A DNA stretch of 64,000 nt, taken from assembly GCA_963771795.1 (NCBI GenBank), contig CAVYUR010000006.1, positions 737,661 through 801,660 on the forward strand, in the 5' to 3' direction. The position numbers were made by a program, and so were the translations under genes. The notes beneath the pieces were generated by a model. The model was given only the letters and a program-made list of their open reading frames with translations. It was not told the origin of the DNA and did not search any database. Below, piece by piece: positions 9,568 to 19,681 of the stretch; the stretch's first letter is position 1; each line of letters begins with the position of its first letter. This stretch comes from an uncultured Chloroflexia bacterium (GTDB taxonomy: Bacteria > Chloroflexota > Limnocylindria > Limnocylindrales > CSP1-4).

Positions 9568-11268
9568 TCAGGTCGGCGGCAGCCATGTTGCGGGCGCGGT
9601 AGCCCCACGTTCGAGGATCGCGAACTGGTTCGCGGCGATGTTCAGCCACGGCCCCGTCTCGCGGTCTGGCCACTGCACGCGGACCTGGGCCGTGGCGGCC
9701 GTTCCGAGCCCGAAATGGATCCAGCCGAGCTGACCGCCGACGTGGCCACCACCGACGGTCACTTCTCGTCGCTGCGTTCGATCGCCGACCTTGACCTCGA
9801 TCCATGAACCGATCGCGTCACGATTCGGGCCCGATTGGCCGAGCTGGATGGCGGCCCAGTTGCCCATCGGCATCGGCTGCGCGGCTGTTCCCGAGCCGAC
9901 ACTTCGCCACAGGCTGACGTTTTCGGTGCGGTTCACCTCGACCAGGTCGAGCATCCCATCGATGTTGAAGTCGGCTAGGGCGGCGCCCCGTGCCCTGGTG
10001 AAGCTGACGATGCCGGCGGTCTTGGCGCTCTCCTTGAACGTGCCATCGGGCTGACCAAGGAGCAGGTTGCTGGGGTCATTCGCGGCGTAGTCAGGCATCG
10101 CCTCGACGTTGCCCTTGGCGACAAACAGGTCGATGTAGGCATCGTTGTTGACATCCTGGAACTCTGCGTGCCAAGCCGTCGACGGAAGTGTCGTATCGCC
10201 GACGAACGGACGACTCGCGGTAACCCCCCGCTCCAGCGCGATGTCTCGATAGCGTGGCTGGCTCGGCCCGCCGGTCAAGGTCTGCAGCTTGTTGTCCGAC
10301 TGGCTCGTCAGGAAGTACTCCGGGTAGCTGTCTCCGGTGACGTCATAGCTGGCGATACCCATGCCCCAGATGCTCAGGTTCGCCCAGCCCTCGTCAGGCG
10401 AGTAGAGACGCGGAAGCTCGCGGGCAGCCACCCGCCAGAGTTGCTCCTGGCCGTCACTGGTCTCGCCGTAGTACTGGCGGTCATTGCTGATCCGCAGATC
10501 GCTCCGGCCCGAGCGATCCCAATCGCTGAACAGCATCGACAACGCGCACCAGCCCGGAGTCAACGCGAGCGGGCCAGCGAAACCGGCGCCGACGGCGCGG
10601 GGCCGGACCAATGCGTTGTCGAGGCACCGCAGGGACGAGTCGTCCGATGACCCTTCGATGTAGTTGCCAAAAGCGAGCGTCGGCAACGCGTCCGCGCCGT
10701 CCCACTTGGCGCTGAATGCAGTGGTCCAGTCGTCGCCGCCATCGAAGCCCCAGGCCTCGTTTGCTCTATCGAACCGGCAGTCGCCGAGTCCCCGCAGGAG
10801 GACGTTCTCGCCGCGCCGCAGGACGGCCAGGTCCGTCCCACCGTCGCCGTCGATATCGAGCGGGTAAATGCCGGTGACATCAATCAGATCGGTTACAGGT
10901 TCAGGCAGCGCCATGAACCGAAGCGCGCCGCCCACTGGACTCTCGTTGCGATACAGCGCCGCCTCGCCGGAGCCTCCCGCGAAATAGAGGTCGGGCCGTC
11001 CATCGTCGTTGCAATCGAACACCGCGACACCGCCCCCGACGAAGAACTCGAAGTCGCCGGCGTAGACATGGTTGATTCCCGCCGTAGCCGCTTCGTCAAC
11101 GAACAGTGGCGGTGCCATCGCCGCCGGCTTCATGCCAGCCGTGATGGTCGAGACCACGACGAGGCCGAGCCCGACCGCAAGGACCGCCCCGATCGCGCCG
11201 AGCGCTCGCGGTCGTCTCAGGCGGAGGTTCCCTGCGACTGGGACCTCATCCGGGAACGGAGGTGACAC
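9568..11268 (-). CDS. Membrane-anchored FG-GAP/VCBS-repeat protein with ASPIC/UnbV-like C-terminus (CRTAC1 family)
   Basis: N-terminal TM helix, repeated FG-GAP-like motifs (DCNDDGRPDLYFAGG, DIDGDGGTDLAV, DVNNDAYIDLFVA, DFNIDGMLDLVEV) and a C-terminal GSWIEVKVGDRTQRREV...GGHVGG block. Confidence 0.8.
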   Translation of the reverse strand: MSPPFPDEVPVAGNLRLRRPRALGAIGAVLAVGLGLVVVSTITAGMKPAAMAPPLFVDEAATAGINHVYAGDFEFFVGGGVAVFDCNDDGRPDLYFAGGSGEAALYRNESPVGGALRFMALPEPVTDLIDVTGIYPLDIDGDGGTDLAVLRRGENVLLRGLGDCRFDRANEAWGFDGGDDWTTAFSAKWDGADALPTLAFGNYIEGSSDDSSLRCLDNALVRPRAVGAGFAGPLALTPGWCALSMLFSDWDRSGRSDLRISNDRQYYGETSDGQEQLWRVAARELPRLYSPDEGWANLSIWGMGIASYDVTGDSYPEYFLTSQSDNKLQTLTGGPSQPRYRDIALERGVTASRPFVGDTTLPSTAWHAEFQDVNNDAYIDLFVAKGNVEAMPDYAANDPSNLLLGQPDGTFKESAKTAGIVSFTRARGAALADFNIDGMLDLVEVNRTENVSLWRSVGSGTAAQPMPMGNWAAIQLGQSGPNRDAIGSWIEVKVGDRTQRREVTVGGGHVGGQLGWIHFGLGTAATAQVRVQWPDRETGPWLNIAANQFAILERGATAPATWLPPT

Positions 11269-11863
11269 GCTGGTCGCTGTAGCCGTGCGCCGCGATCTCG
11301 CCGGCTCGGTCGCGGAAGACCTCCGCGCTCGGTGGCGTCCTGGCGCGGAACCCTTCGACCATCCGGTTGTACATCGAGAACGCCGAGGCGATCAGGACCG
11401 CGAGCTGGACGTCGGCATCGCTCGCGCCGGCGGCATGCGCCGCGCCGACATCGTCCGCGGTAAGGTCACGCGGCTCACGGCGGACCGTCCGGGCGATGTG
11501 CAGCAGCGCCTGCATCTTGTCGTCGAACCCATCCGACGAACCGAGCTTGATCACGTCGACGAGCGGAACGCGATCCGTCGCGCCGTGTCGCTCCAGAAGC
11601 GCCGTGGCAAATGCGCCGTGTGAATCCATGCAGTAGAAGCAGTCATTTGCCGCGGACGTGGCCGTTGCGAGCATCTCCCGCTCGGCACGACTGATCGTGG
11701 CGCCAGCAAAGTCGTTGACGAGGAGCTCGTCGGCGAGGCCGCGAAGGTGGATGCCGAGTTCCGGGGTCAGCCGGAGCGCTGTGAGAATGCCCGGGGCATC
11801 CGGCAGTCCTCCGACGATCGGCGCTTCCTGGGAGCGCGCGAGGCGCTCGTCGTCGCGTGGCAT
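11246..11863 (-). CDS. Carboxymuconolactone decarboxylase / AhpD-like peroxidase-related protein
   Basis: CMD-family core with the CxxC motif (NDCFYCMDSHGAF). Start taken at ATG 11863 (MPRDDE...). Its 3' end overlaps the start of the downstream FG-GAP gene by 23 nt. Confidence 0.8.
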   Translation of the reverse strand: MPRDDERLARSQEAPIVGGLPDAPGILTALRLTPELGIHLRGLADELLVNDFAGATISRAEREMLATATSAANDCFYCMDSHGAFATALLERHGATDRVPLVDVIKLGSSDGFDDKMQALLHIARTVRREPRDLTADDVGAAHAAGASDADVQLAVLIASAFSMYNRMVEGFRARTPPSAEVFRDRAGEIAAHGYSDQRVTSVPG

Positions 11864-11942
11864 GTGCACCCTCTCGCGTCGTTCAAAATGGCGATCCGCG
11901 CAAGTATGCTGCACAGCCCGCCTGACCGATTCGAGGAGACCG

Positions 11943-13322
11943 GTGCCGACCAAGAGCCGACTCACTGAGATCCCGCTGCCTGACTTCGGCGGGCCCGAGG
12001 AGGATCGACCCGAGATCCCCACTGCCACCTACGTCGTGCGGATCGAGGCGTTGCGCGAGCGCGCGGATGCGGCCGGCTACGACCGGCTGGTCGTCTACGC
12101 CGACCGCGAGCACAGCGCCAATCTCTCGTTCCTGACCGGTTTCGATCCTCGCTTCGAGGAGGCGATCCTGGTCGTGGCGCCGACGGGTCAGCCCGCAATC
12201 CTCGTCGGCAACGAGTGCTACGGGATGGCCGGCACAGCTCCACTCGCCATGCGTCGGCACCTGCTCCAGGACCTGAGCCTGCCGAGCCAGCCGCGCGACC
12301 GTTCGCAGCCGCTGGGGGAGATTCTCGCGGGCGAGGGAGTCGGCGCGGGAGGCCGCGTCGGCGTCCTGGGCTGGAAGTCGTACGCCGACCCGGCCCGGAT
12401 GGAGGTCCCGGCGTTCATCGTCGACGAGCTGCGCCGCCTGACCGGCCCGAGCGGCCTGGTCGAGAACGCCAACGACCTGCTGATCGGCGCGGCCGACGGC
12501 CTCCGCGTCATCAACGACGCGGACCAGCTGGCGACCTTCGAGCATGCAGCCAGCCGGACATCGAACGGGATTCGCCGCCTTTTCAAGCAGCTCCGACCGG
12601 GGATGCGCGAACGGGAAGCCGTCGCCCTACTCGAATGGGACGGCACTCCCCTGTCATGCCATCTCATGCTGACCGCCGGCCCGCGGGCATCGCTCGGGCT
12701 ACTGAGCCCGGCGGACCGGGTAATCGAGCGCGGCGACCGGTTCACGGTCGCATTCGGGATCTGGGGCGCGCTGAACTGCCGGGCGGGCTTCGTGGTCGAA
12801 GACGCGGCCGAGCTGCCGGAGCCGATCCGCGACTACGTGGACCGACTTGTCGGGCCGTACTTCGAGGCGGTGGCCGAGTGGTATGGCGCCCTCCACATCG
12901 GGCAGACGGGCGCTACCCTCCAGGCGATCATCGACCGCCACCTGGCGGACCCGTTCTTCGGGATCTTCCTGAACCCGGGCCATCAGCTCCATCTCGACGA
13001 GTGGGTCAACTCGCCGGTCGGCCCGGGCTCGACGATCGAGCTGCGTTCGGGCATGGCGCTCCAGGTCGACATCATCCCCGCGACTGGTACCGAATACTTC
13101 ACGACCAACATCGAGGATGGGATCGCCCTGGCCGACACGTCCCTCCGTGATGAGCTCGCGGCCCGCTACCCCACCGCGTGGGCGCGGATCCAGGCGCGGC
13201 GGGGCTTCATGGCGGACGCGCTCGGGATCGAACTGCACCCGGACGTGCTCCCGTTCTCGAACATCCCCGCGTACCTGCCCCCGTTCCTGCTCCGGCCGGA
13301 TCGGGCTATGACGATGCGGTGA
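11943..13322 (+). CDS. M24-like (creatinase/prolidase fold) protein
   Basis: N-terminal creatinase-like domain plus a pita-bread-fold C-terminus (PGHQLHLDEW, GMALQVDIIP, NIEDGIAL). Several canonical metal ligands look substituted. GTG 11943 follows GAGGAGA. Confidence 0.65.
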   Translation: MPTKSRLTEIPLPDFGGPEEDRPEIPTATYVVRIEALRERADAAGYDRLVVYADREHSANLSFLTGFDPRFEEAILVVAPTGQPAILVGNECYGMAGTAPLAMRRHLLQDLSLPSQPRDRSQPLGEILAGEGVGAGGRVGVLGWKSYADPARMEVPAFIVDELRRLTGPSGLVENANDLLIGAADGLRVINDADQLATFEHAASRTSNGIRRLFKQLRPGMREREAVALLEWDGTPLSCHLMLTAGPRASLGLLSPADRVIERGDRFTVAFGIWGALNCRAGFVVEDAAELPEPIRDYVDRLVGPYFEAVAEWYGALHIGQTGATLQAIIDRHLADPFFGIFLNPGHQLHLDEWVNSPVGPGSTIELRSGMALQVDIIPATGTEYFTTNIEDGIALADTSLRDELAARYPTAWARIQARRGFMADALGIELHPDVLPFSNIPAYLPPFLLRPDRAMTMR

Positions 13323-14133
13323 TCCGGACTGGTGTCCGCGACGCGAAGCGGCCGGGCGTGGTCCCGAGGAACTGCTTGAACCGGCGGCTCAGGTGCGCCT
13401 GGTCGTAGAACCCGACATCGGCGGCAACAGCGGCCAATGGCTGGCCGCCAAGGATCCGATCTCGCGCCGCATCGAGCCGCCGGCCGAGGACGTAGGCGTG
13501 CGGCGCGATCCCGAAGACGTCGGAGAAGGTCCGCGCGAGTTGCGTCGGTCCGGCGCCGAGCTGCTCCGAGGCGGCCGCCATCGTGGGCTGTTCGTACAGA
13601 TGGGCGTCGAAGAAGGCGCGGAGCTGCTCGGCCAGCTCCTGACCGCGCGCGACCGGCGTCTCGTCCGGCGGCTCCCCGAGGGACGCCCGGATCCGTTCGG
13701 CGACGAGCCCGAGCCGGGTCTCGGCTTCGAGGGTGTCGTCGAGACAGCCGAGGGCGTCGTGCAGATCCGACACCGCCCCGCGGAGTGAGGAATCGGGGAT
13801 CACAGGACGGTCGACCGCAGGCCCGATCAGGTGCTCTCCAAGGACGCTCGTCTCCACGTACAGGACGCGTTTCCGGAAGCCGCGACTCGTGGCCGGCCGG
13901 CCATCGTGGACGACGTGCGGCGGCAGGACCGTGACCATCGATGGCTCGGCGGCCTGCGCGTGGCGATCGAGGTCGTAGCGGATCGCCCCCTCGTCGACGA
14001 TGAACAGCGTCCACGCGTCGTGGGTGTGGGGTGGGTAGGCGTGCTCCATGAAGCACGCGTGGAGCACCTCGCGGATTCCCGCGATCGGCGGTTTCCAGGC
14101 TCGGATCGAGTCCCCGCCGCCAGATACCTCCAT
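13306..14133 (-). CDS. AraC-family transcriptional regulator with cupin-like sensor domain
   Basis: C-terminal AraC HTH (FGIAPHAYVLGRRLDAARDRIL...GFYDQAHLSRRFKQFLGTTP), N-terminal AraC-binding-like domain. Start taken at ATG 14133. Confidence 0.85.
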   Translation of the reverse strand: MEVSGGGDSIRAWKPPIAGIREVLHACFMEHAYPPHTHDAWTLFIVDEGAIRYDLDRHAQAAEPSMVTVLPPHVVHDGRPATSRGFRKRVLYVETSVLGEHLIGPAVDRPVIPDSSLRGAVSDLHDALGCLDDTLEAETRLGLVAERIRASLGEPPDETPVARGQELAEQLRAFFDAHLYEQPTMAAASEQLGAGPTQLARTFSDVFGIAPHAYVLGRRLDAARDRILGGQPLAAVAADVGFYDQAHLSRRFKQFLGTTPGRFASRTPVRITASS

Positions 14134-14182
14134 TGCAGGATCGTACAAGACCTGGTCGCGGTGACCGCCTAGCGTCGGACCC

Positions 14183-14770
14183 ATGGATGACCTGATTGCG
14201 CTCGTCGGGTTCTCGTTCGTGAGCTCGGTCACGCCGGGGCCGAACAACATCCTTCTGTGGGCTTCCGGCGCGGAGTTCGGCTTGCGGCGGACGGTCCGGC
14301 ACGTGGTGGGGACTGCGCTCGGGATCGGGTCGATGGCCATCGCGGTCGCCGCGGGCCTTGGCGCGCTGATCACCACCGTCCCCGAGGTCGCGCTCGCGAT
14401 GAAGATCGCGGGCTCCGTCTATCTCCTGTACCTCGCCTATCAGATCGCCGGAGCCAGGGCGCTCGAGCGAACCGCCGTCGCACGGCCGCTGGGTATTCGG
14501 CAGGCGGCCGCCTTCCAGGCAATCAATCCCAAGGCCTGGATCTTCGCACTCGGGGCGATCACGACGTTCAGACCGGCCGAGCTCCCCGTCGTCGTCGGCA
14601 GCGTCGTCGTGGCCGTCACCATGATGATCGTGATCCTCCCGACGGCAGCGTTGTGGGCCGCAGGAGGCGGCGTCCTCAGTCGGTTCATCGCCGGGGAGCG
14701 GGCAAATCGAGCCGTGAGTCTCGGCCTCGCGGCGCTGCTCGCGGCTACGGTCGTGTTCGTCTGGATCTGA
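14183..14770 (+). CDS. LysE/RhtB-family amino-acid exporter
   Basis: 195 aa, six hydrophobic segments, N-terminal signature SVTPGPNNILLWASG. Confidence 0.9.
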   Translation: MDDLIALVGFSFVSSVTPGPNNILLWASGAEFGLRRTVRHVVGTALGIGSMAIAVAAGLGALITTVPEVALAMKIAGSVYLLYLAYQIAGARALERTAVARPLGIRQAAAFQAINPKAWIFALGAITTFRPAELPVVVGSVVVAVTMMIVILPTAALWAAGGGVLSRFIAGERANRAVSLGLAALLAATVVFVWI

Positions 14771-14782
14771 GCCCCGCCGAGA

Positions 14783-15661
14783 CTAGGCGATGCTGCGAGC
14801 GTCCAGGACCCGGCCCCAATGGAACACTCGGACGGCAAACAGGACCGCAAATGCCGCCAGGACAAGGATCGCCGCGGCCGCGATCGACGCGTCGAGGTCG
14901 CCGCCCTGGAACTCGCCGTAGACGACGAGCGGCAGTGTCTGCGTTCGCCCGCTGACATTGCCCGCGAACATGATCGTCGCCCCGAACTCGCCGAGCGCGC
15001 GGGCCCAGGTCATTACCAGCCCGGCGGCCAGCGCCGCGCCGGCGAGCGGCACGGTGATCGATCGGAACACCTGCCGTTCCGACGCGCCATCGACCCGTGC
15101 CGCGTCCTCGAGGTCGGAGTCGACCGCGGCGATCCCGGTCCTCGCCGACCGGATGAAGAACGGCGCCGACACGAAGATCTGGGCCAGGACCACGGCGATC
15201 GTCGTGAACGGCACGGCAATGCCGAGGAACTCGAACGGTTCTCCGAGCATTCCCCGCCTGCCAAATACCAGAAGCAGCGCCAGCCCGGCGACGGACGGCG
15301 GCAGGACGATCGGGAGGTCGACGACGGCCTCGAGCAACCCCTTTAGCCGGAATTTGCGCCGCGCGAGGACGAAGGCGAGCGGCAGGCCGAGTGCGACCGT
15401 GACAACGAGGCTGATCGCCGTCGTCGCGAGACTCAGCGAGAGCGCGTCGAGGACCGCGGGCGACGCGACCGCAGCCGCAAGCGAACCATCGAACACCGCC
15501 CGGGCGACGAGCGTCGCGACGGGCAGGCCGAGGAACAGCGCGAAGAGCGCAGCTATGAGGGCCAGGGACCGCTCGCTCCAACCTCCGGCGCGTCGCCCGC
15601 CGGGCCTCGAACCCCCGATTCTCGATGTCCGCCCAGAGAGCCCGGCTGCCTCGTCGATCAC
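14783..15661 (-). CDS. modB: Molybdate ABC transporter permease
   Basis: ModB/CysTW-type permease with the EAA loop (EDAARVDGASERQVFRSITVPLA). GTG 15661 overlaps the modA stop (GTGA). Confidence 0.88.
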   Translation of the reverse strand: MIDEAAGLSGRTSRIGGSRPGGRRAGGWSERSLALIAALFALFLGLPVATLVARAVFDGSLAAAVASPAVLDALSLSLATTAISLVVTVALGLPLAFVLARRKFRLKGLLEAVVDLPIVLPPSVAGLALLLVFGRRGMLGEPFEFLGIAVPFTTIAVVLAQIFVSAPFFIRSARTGIAAVDSDLEDAARVDGASERQVFRSITVPLAGAALAAGLVMTWARALGEFGATIMFAGNVSGRTQTLPLVVYGEFQGGDLDASIAAAAILVLAAFAVLFAVRVFHWGRVLDARSIA

Positions 15662-16491
15662 GACGGGGGAAGGAAACCCAGTCCGCCCAAAATCGCCAGC
15701 CCGTCCGGCCCCGCAAACCAATCAAGGAAGGCCTTCGCGGCCACCGCGCTCCTGGACGCCCTGACGACAACACCGTCGTAGGTGGCCGGGACGTTTGCGG
15801 AATCCGGCACGCCGACGGTCACGACCTTCGTCGAGGCCTTGGCGTCGGTGACATAGACGATCCCGGCGTCGCCTTCGCCGAGTTCGATCTTGGCCACGAC
15901 CGCCTTTACGTTGTCCTCCTTCGAGGCGATGTTGCCGGTGTAGGCGGCCCCGAAATTGGCCGGATAGCCCGCTTCCTTGGCGAGGTTCCCGATGAGCTGC
16001 GTGGCGTATCTCGTGATCGGGACCTCATCGCCGGCGGCGATCACCTTGACGCCCGACCTGGCCAGGTCCGCAGGCGACGTGATCCTCGCCGGGTTGTCCG
16101 CCGGCACGATCACGGTCAGCTTGTTGGCGGCGAAGGTGACCGGGTCGCCATCGGCCAGGCCCTTGTCGACAAGTTTCCTGGGGTTCGTCGTGTCGGCGGA
16201 CAGGAAGAGGTCCGCGGGTGCGCCTTGCTCGATCTGGGTCTCGAGTGCGGACGAGGAGTCCGTCGAGAGCGTGATCGTGAGCCCGGGGTTGGCGGCCTCG
16301 TAGGCGGTCTTCGCGTTCTCGATGGCCCCTTTGAGCGAAGCCGCGGCAAAGATCGTGAGCTCCGTCTGATCGCCATCCGGGTCCGGCGGACCCACGCTCA
16401 CCAGCGGCCCCCCCGGGGACGTCGAAGGACCCGCACAGGCCGCGAGAAGGAGCAACAGGGTCACGGTCATCACGGCCTGCCGACGGTTCAT
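15658..16491 (-). CDS. modA: Molybdate-binding periplasmic lipoprotein
   Basis: Lipobox LLAACAG, then the ModA pattern (LTIFAAASLKGA..., LFLSADTTNP, YATQL...). Confidence 0.88.
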   Translation of the reverse strand: MNRRQAVMTVTLLLLLAACAGPSTSPGGPLVSVGPPDPDGDQTELTIFAAASLKGAIENAKTAYEAANPGLTITLSTDSSSALETQIEQGAPADLFLSADTTNPRKLVDKGLADGDPVTFAANKLTVIVPADNPARITSPADLARSGVKVIAAGDEVPITRYATQLIGNLAKEAGYPANFGAAYTGNIASKEDNVKAVVAKIELGEGDAGIVYVTDAKASTKVVTVGVPDSANVPATYDGVVVRASRSAVAAKAFLDWFAGPDGLAILGGLGFLPPS

Positions 16492-16925
16492 CCTCGCGAC
16501 TCCCTGGCTGACGGAACCTCGACGATGACGTTCGTCGCCTTCACGACGCAGATCGCCTCGTCACCAACCTTGAGATCGAGCTCGACCACCGCTTCGGCGG
16601 TCATGAGGCTGACCAGTCGATGCGGCCCGGCGATGACCTCCACAACCGCCGCGACGCCGTCCCGCTCGATCCTCGTGACGACCCCCGGGAACCGGTTGCG
16701 GGCGGACTGGGCGACGATCGTCCGGTCCGTTGCAGCTCGTCGACGCTCACCGAGCAGGCGCGCCACCTCCTCGATCTCGACGAGCCGCTGCCCGCCGTCT
16801 GACCGGGTCATCCGGAGGCGCCCGTCCGTCTCCCATCGCCGCAGAGTCTCGACCGAGACGCCTAGCATTTCGGCGGCTTGGCCGACGCGAATGCGCCCGG
16901 CGGGGCGATCGTCGTTCTCACTCAT
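16488..16925 (-). CDS. MerR/excisionase-type HTH fused to a TOBE (Mop) molybdate-binding domain; putative mod regulator
   Basis: N-terminal HTH (IRVGQAAEMLGVSVETLRRWE), C-terminal TOBE (RNRFPGVVTRIERDGVAAVVEV...VKATNVIV). First gene of the mod operon, with a 4-nt overlap with modA. Confidence 0.8.
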   Translation of the reverse strand: MSENDDRPAGRIRVGQAAEMLGVSVETLRRWETDGRLRMTRSDGGQRLVEIEEVARLLGERRRAATDRTIVAQSARNRFPGVVTRIERDGVAAVVEVIAGPHRLVSLMTAEAVVELDLKVGDEAICVVKATNVIVEVPSARESRG

Positions 16926-17022
16926 ACCGATGAAGTATCGACAGGATGAGCAGGAATGTCTATGTGTTTGTCAGCGAGCGGTAGGAACGATCATTCAGGC
17001 GCCTGGCGGATACTCTTCTCTG

Positions 17023-17403
17023 GTGAGCGACGACATCGAACCGGGCGCCGCCGACAAACCGCTGGCATGGCTGACGACGACCGGGCGCGGAAGCGGCGAG
17101 CCGCGAACGGTCGAGCTGTGGTTCGCCCTCGAGGGACGGACGGTCTACTTCCTCTCGGGCGGCGGCGAGGCGGCGCACTGGGTCCGCAACGCCCAGGTCG
17201 AACCACGGGTCAGCATCCGCCTCGGCAGGCGCGAGTACCCGGGCGGGGCCCGGCTTCCCAAGTTCGGAAACCCCGAGGACAGTCGGGCGCGGCGCTTGAT
17301 CGCTGCCAAATACCAGGGCTGGCAGGAGGGGCGGCCAATGAGCGGCTGGGCGAGGGAATCCCTCTGCCTTGCGATCGATCTCGACCCGGTGACCGACGCC
17401 TAG
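17023..17403 (+). CDS. Deazaflavin (F420)-dependent nitroreductase-family / PNPOx-like protein
   Basis: The C-terminal 126 codons of ORF 15625..17403 carry the DUF385-type pattern (LTTTGRGSGEPRTVELW...GGGEAAHWVRNAQVEPRVSIRLG). Start taken at GTG 17023. Confidence 0.7.
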   Translation: MSDDIEPGAADKPLAWLTTTGRGSGEPRTVELWFALEGRTVYFLSGGGEAAHWVRNAQVEPRVSIRLGRREYPGGARLPKFGNPEDSRARRLIAAKYQGWQEGRPMSGWARESLCLAIDLDPVTDA

Positions 17404-18707
17404 GGCCAGACCTCGCCGGTGCCCTGGACGAGGACGGCCCCGACGGTCGCGTTGGTCGTCTCGTCGATGAGGATCGCCGAGCCGGTCGAGCGGTTCGAGC
17501 GGTATGGATCCGCGAAGATCGGCTCTGCGAGCGTCAACCGGACGCGGCCGACGTCATTTGCGACGAGCGTCGTCGCGTCGGCGTCGTGTTCCAGGGTGTT
17601 GATGTCGAGCCGCGCGACGACCTCGGTTGCCACGGCGCGGACGGTGCGAGTCGTATGAACCAGCCGGTAGCGACGGCCGGCCGAGAACGGGGTGTCGCCC
17701 AGCCAGCAGACGACGGTGTCGAGCTCGCGGATCGGCGAGGGCACATCGTCCGCGCCGACGAGGAGCCCGCCCCTGCCGAGATCGAGGTCGTCGGTCAGCC
17801 GGACGGCGACCGACAGCGGCGGGACCGCCTCGGCGAGCGGGCCGTCGTAGGTGTCGATTGACGCGATCCGGGTGGCGATCCCCGACGGCAGCGCGACGAC
17901 CGCGTCGCCGGGGTGCGCCCGGCCTCCCTCGACCCGGCCCGCGTAGGCCCGGTAGTCGGGATCGTCGACACCCGCAGATCGGATGACCCACTGGATCGGC
18001 AGGCGGAACGGACCGTCCGTCTCGAGCGGGTCGTGCGGGACGGACTCGAGGTAGTCGAGGACCGGCGGGCCGTCGTACCAGGGCATGGCCGTCGACCGCT
18101 CGACGACGTTGTCGCCGCGCAGGGCCGAGACAGGGATCGCCGTTACGTCGGTCACGCCGAGCCGGCGGGCGAAGGTCTCGACCTCGTCCACGATCGAGGC
18201 GAACACCGCCTCGTCAAACCCGACGAGGTCCAACTTGTTGACGGCCAGGACGAGGTGCGGGACCCGCAGCAACGCGGCAATGACGATGTGCCGGCGGGTC
18301 TGCTCGAGCGAGCCTGACCGTGCGTCGACGAGGATGACCGCGAGGTCCGCAGTCGAGCAACCGGTGACCATGTTCCTCGTGTACTGGAGGTGACCCGGCG
18401 TGTCCGCGACGATGAACTTGCGCCGGGGCGTGGCGAAGTAGCGGTAGGCGACGTCGATCGTGATGCCCTGCTCGCGCTCGGCGCGGAGCCCGTCGGTCAA
18501 GAGCGCCAGGTCGAGGCCGTCCCCGCCCCGCCGTCGCGTGGCGTGCTCGAGGGCGAGGAGCTGGTCCTCGAAGATCCCCTTCGAGTCGTGCAGCAGCCGC
18601 CCGATCAGCGTGCTCTTGCCGTCGTCGACGGACCCGGCCGTAGAGAACCGGAGGAGGTCGGACGCCGGATACGGCAGATGGGGCGACCGCGGTGCAGCGA
18701 TCGCCAT
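17400..18707 (-). CDS. cysN: Sulfate adenylyltransferase subunit 1 (GTPase)
   Basis: GTPase motifs GSVDDGKST, DTPGH, NKLD. 435 aa with no fused APS-kinase (CysC) domain. Confidence 0.93.
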   Translation of the reverse strand: MAIAAPRSPHLPYPASDLLRFSTAGSVDDGKSTLIGRLLHDSKGIFEDQLLALEHATRRRGGDGLDLALLTDGLRAEREQGITIDVAYRYFATPRRKFIVADTPGHLQYTRNMVTGCSTADLAVILVDARSGSLEQTRRHIVIAALLRVPHLVLAVNKLDLVGFDEAVFASIVDEVETFARRLGVTDVTAIPVSALRGDNVVERSTAMPWYDGPPVLDYLESVPHDPLETDGPFRLPIQWVIRSAGVDDPDYRAYAGRVEGGRAHPGDAVVALPSGIATRIASIDTYDGPLAEAVPPLSVAVRLTDDLDLGRGGLLVGADDVPSPIRELDTVVCWLGDTPFSAGRRYRLVHTTRTVRAVATEVVARLDINTLEHDADATTLVANDVGRVRLTLAEPIFADPYRSNRSTGSAILIDETTNATVGAVLVQGTGEVWP

Positions 18708-19681
18708 CAGAAGTAGCCCTCGCGCTTGCGGTCTTCCATGGCCGCCTCGGAGAAGGCGTCGTCTGCGCGCGTTGCCCCACGCTCAGTGATCCGCGCCGCT
18801 GCGACTTCCGCGATCACCGCCTCGAGTGTCGCGGCGCGAGAGTCGACGGCGCCCGTGCAGCTCATGTCGCCGACCGTCCGGTAGCGAACCGTCCGGGTGG
18901 CGACCTCCTCGCCGTCGCGCGGATGGACGACATCCGAGACCGCCAGCATCATGCCGTCGCGGCGAACCACTGTCCGCTCGTGAGCGAAATAGATCGAGGG
19001 CACCTCCAACGGCTCCGCGGAGATGTACTGCCAGACGTCGAGTTCCGTCCAGTTGCTGATCGGGAACACGCGCATGTGCTCGCCCTTGCGCATCCAGCCG
19101 TTGTAGAGGCTCCACAGCTCGGGCCGCTGGTTGCGCGGCTCCCAGCCGCCGAGCGCGTCCCGATGGCTGAAGATCCGCTCCTTCGCCCGGGCCTTCTCCT
19201 CGTCCCGGCGGCCGCCGCCGAACAGCGCATCGAAGCCGTGGTTCTCGATCGCGTCGAGCAAGGTGATCGTCTGGAGCCGGTTGCGCGAGGGATCGTGGCC
19301 GGGCTCCTCCTCTACCCGCCCGGCATCGATCGAGTCCTGGACCGAGGCGACGATGAGCCGCTCGCCGAGCTCCGCGACCCGGCGATCCCGGAAGTCCAGC
19401 GCCTCGGGGAAGTTGTGCCCGGTGTCGATGTGGACGATCGGGAACGGAAAGCGGCCCGGACGGAAGGCCTTCTCGGCCAGGCGCAACAGCACGATGGAAT
19501 CCTTGCCGCCGCTGAACAGCAGCGCCGGGCGCTCGAAGACCGCGGCCGCCTCCCGGAAGATGTGGATCGCCTCGGACTCGAGGGTTGCGAGGTGCGATGG
19601 GCCGGGATGCTCGGCACCGGCCCGCCCGCGCGCCGCGCGCGAACGAGAACGCGAAAGCGCCGGGTCGCGAATGACCGTCAC
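18707..19681 (-). CDS. cysD: Sulfate adenylyltransferase subunit 2
   Basis: PAPS-reductase-fold CysD blocks (LLFSGGKDSIVLLRLA, VHIDTGHNFPE, ERIFSHRD). GTG 19681 overlaps the cysH stop, and the cysD stop overlaps the cysN ATG by 1 nt. Confidence 0.93.
   Translation of the reverse strand: MTVIRDPALSRSRSRAARGRAGAEHPGPSHLATLESEAIHIFREAAAVFERPALLFSGGKDSIVLLRLAEKAFRPGRFPFPIVHIDTGHNFPEALDFRDRRVAELGERLIVASVQDSIDAGRVEEEPGHDPSRNRLQTITLLDAIENHGFDALFGGGRRDEEKARAKERIFSHRDALGGWEPRNQRPELWSLYNGWMRKGEHMRVFPISNWTELDVWQYISAEPLEVPSIYFAHERTVVRRDGMMLAVSDVVHPRDGEEVATRTVRYRTVGDMSCTGAVDSRAATLEAVIAEVAAARITERGATRADDAFSEAAMEDRKREGYF

Noticed and set aside
14783-16925. Absence of modC from the mod operon as a possible novelty.
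   Set aside because: The ATPase can be encoded elsewhere or shared. Absence from a 64-kb window is not evidence of absence from the genome.
15625-17022. N-terminal 466 codons of the 592-aa ORF 15625..17403.
   Set aside because: This part is antisense to modA and the MerR-TOBE gene and has junk composition. Only the last 126 codons, the F420-type nitroreductase-family domain, are credible.
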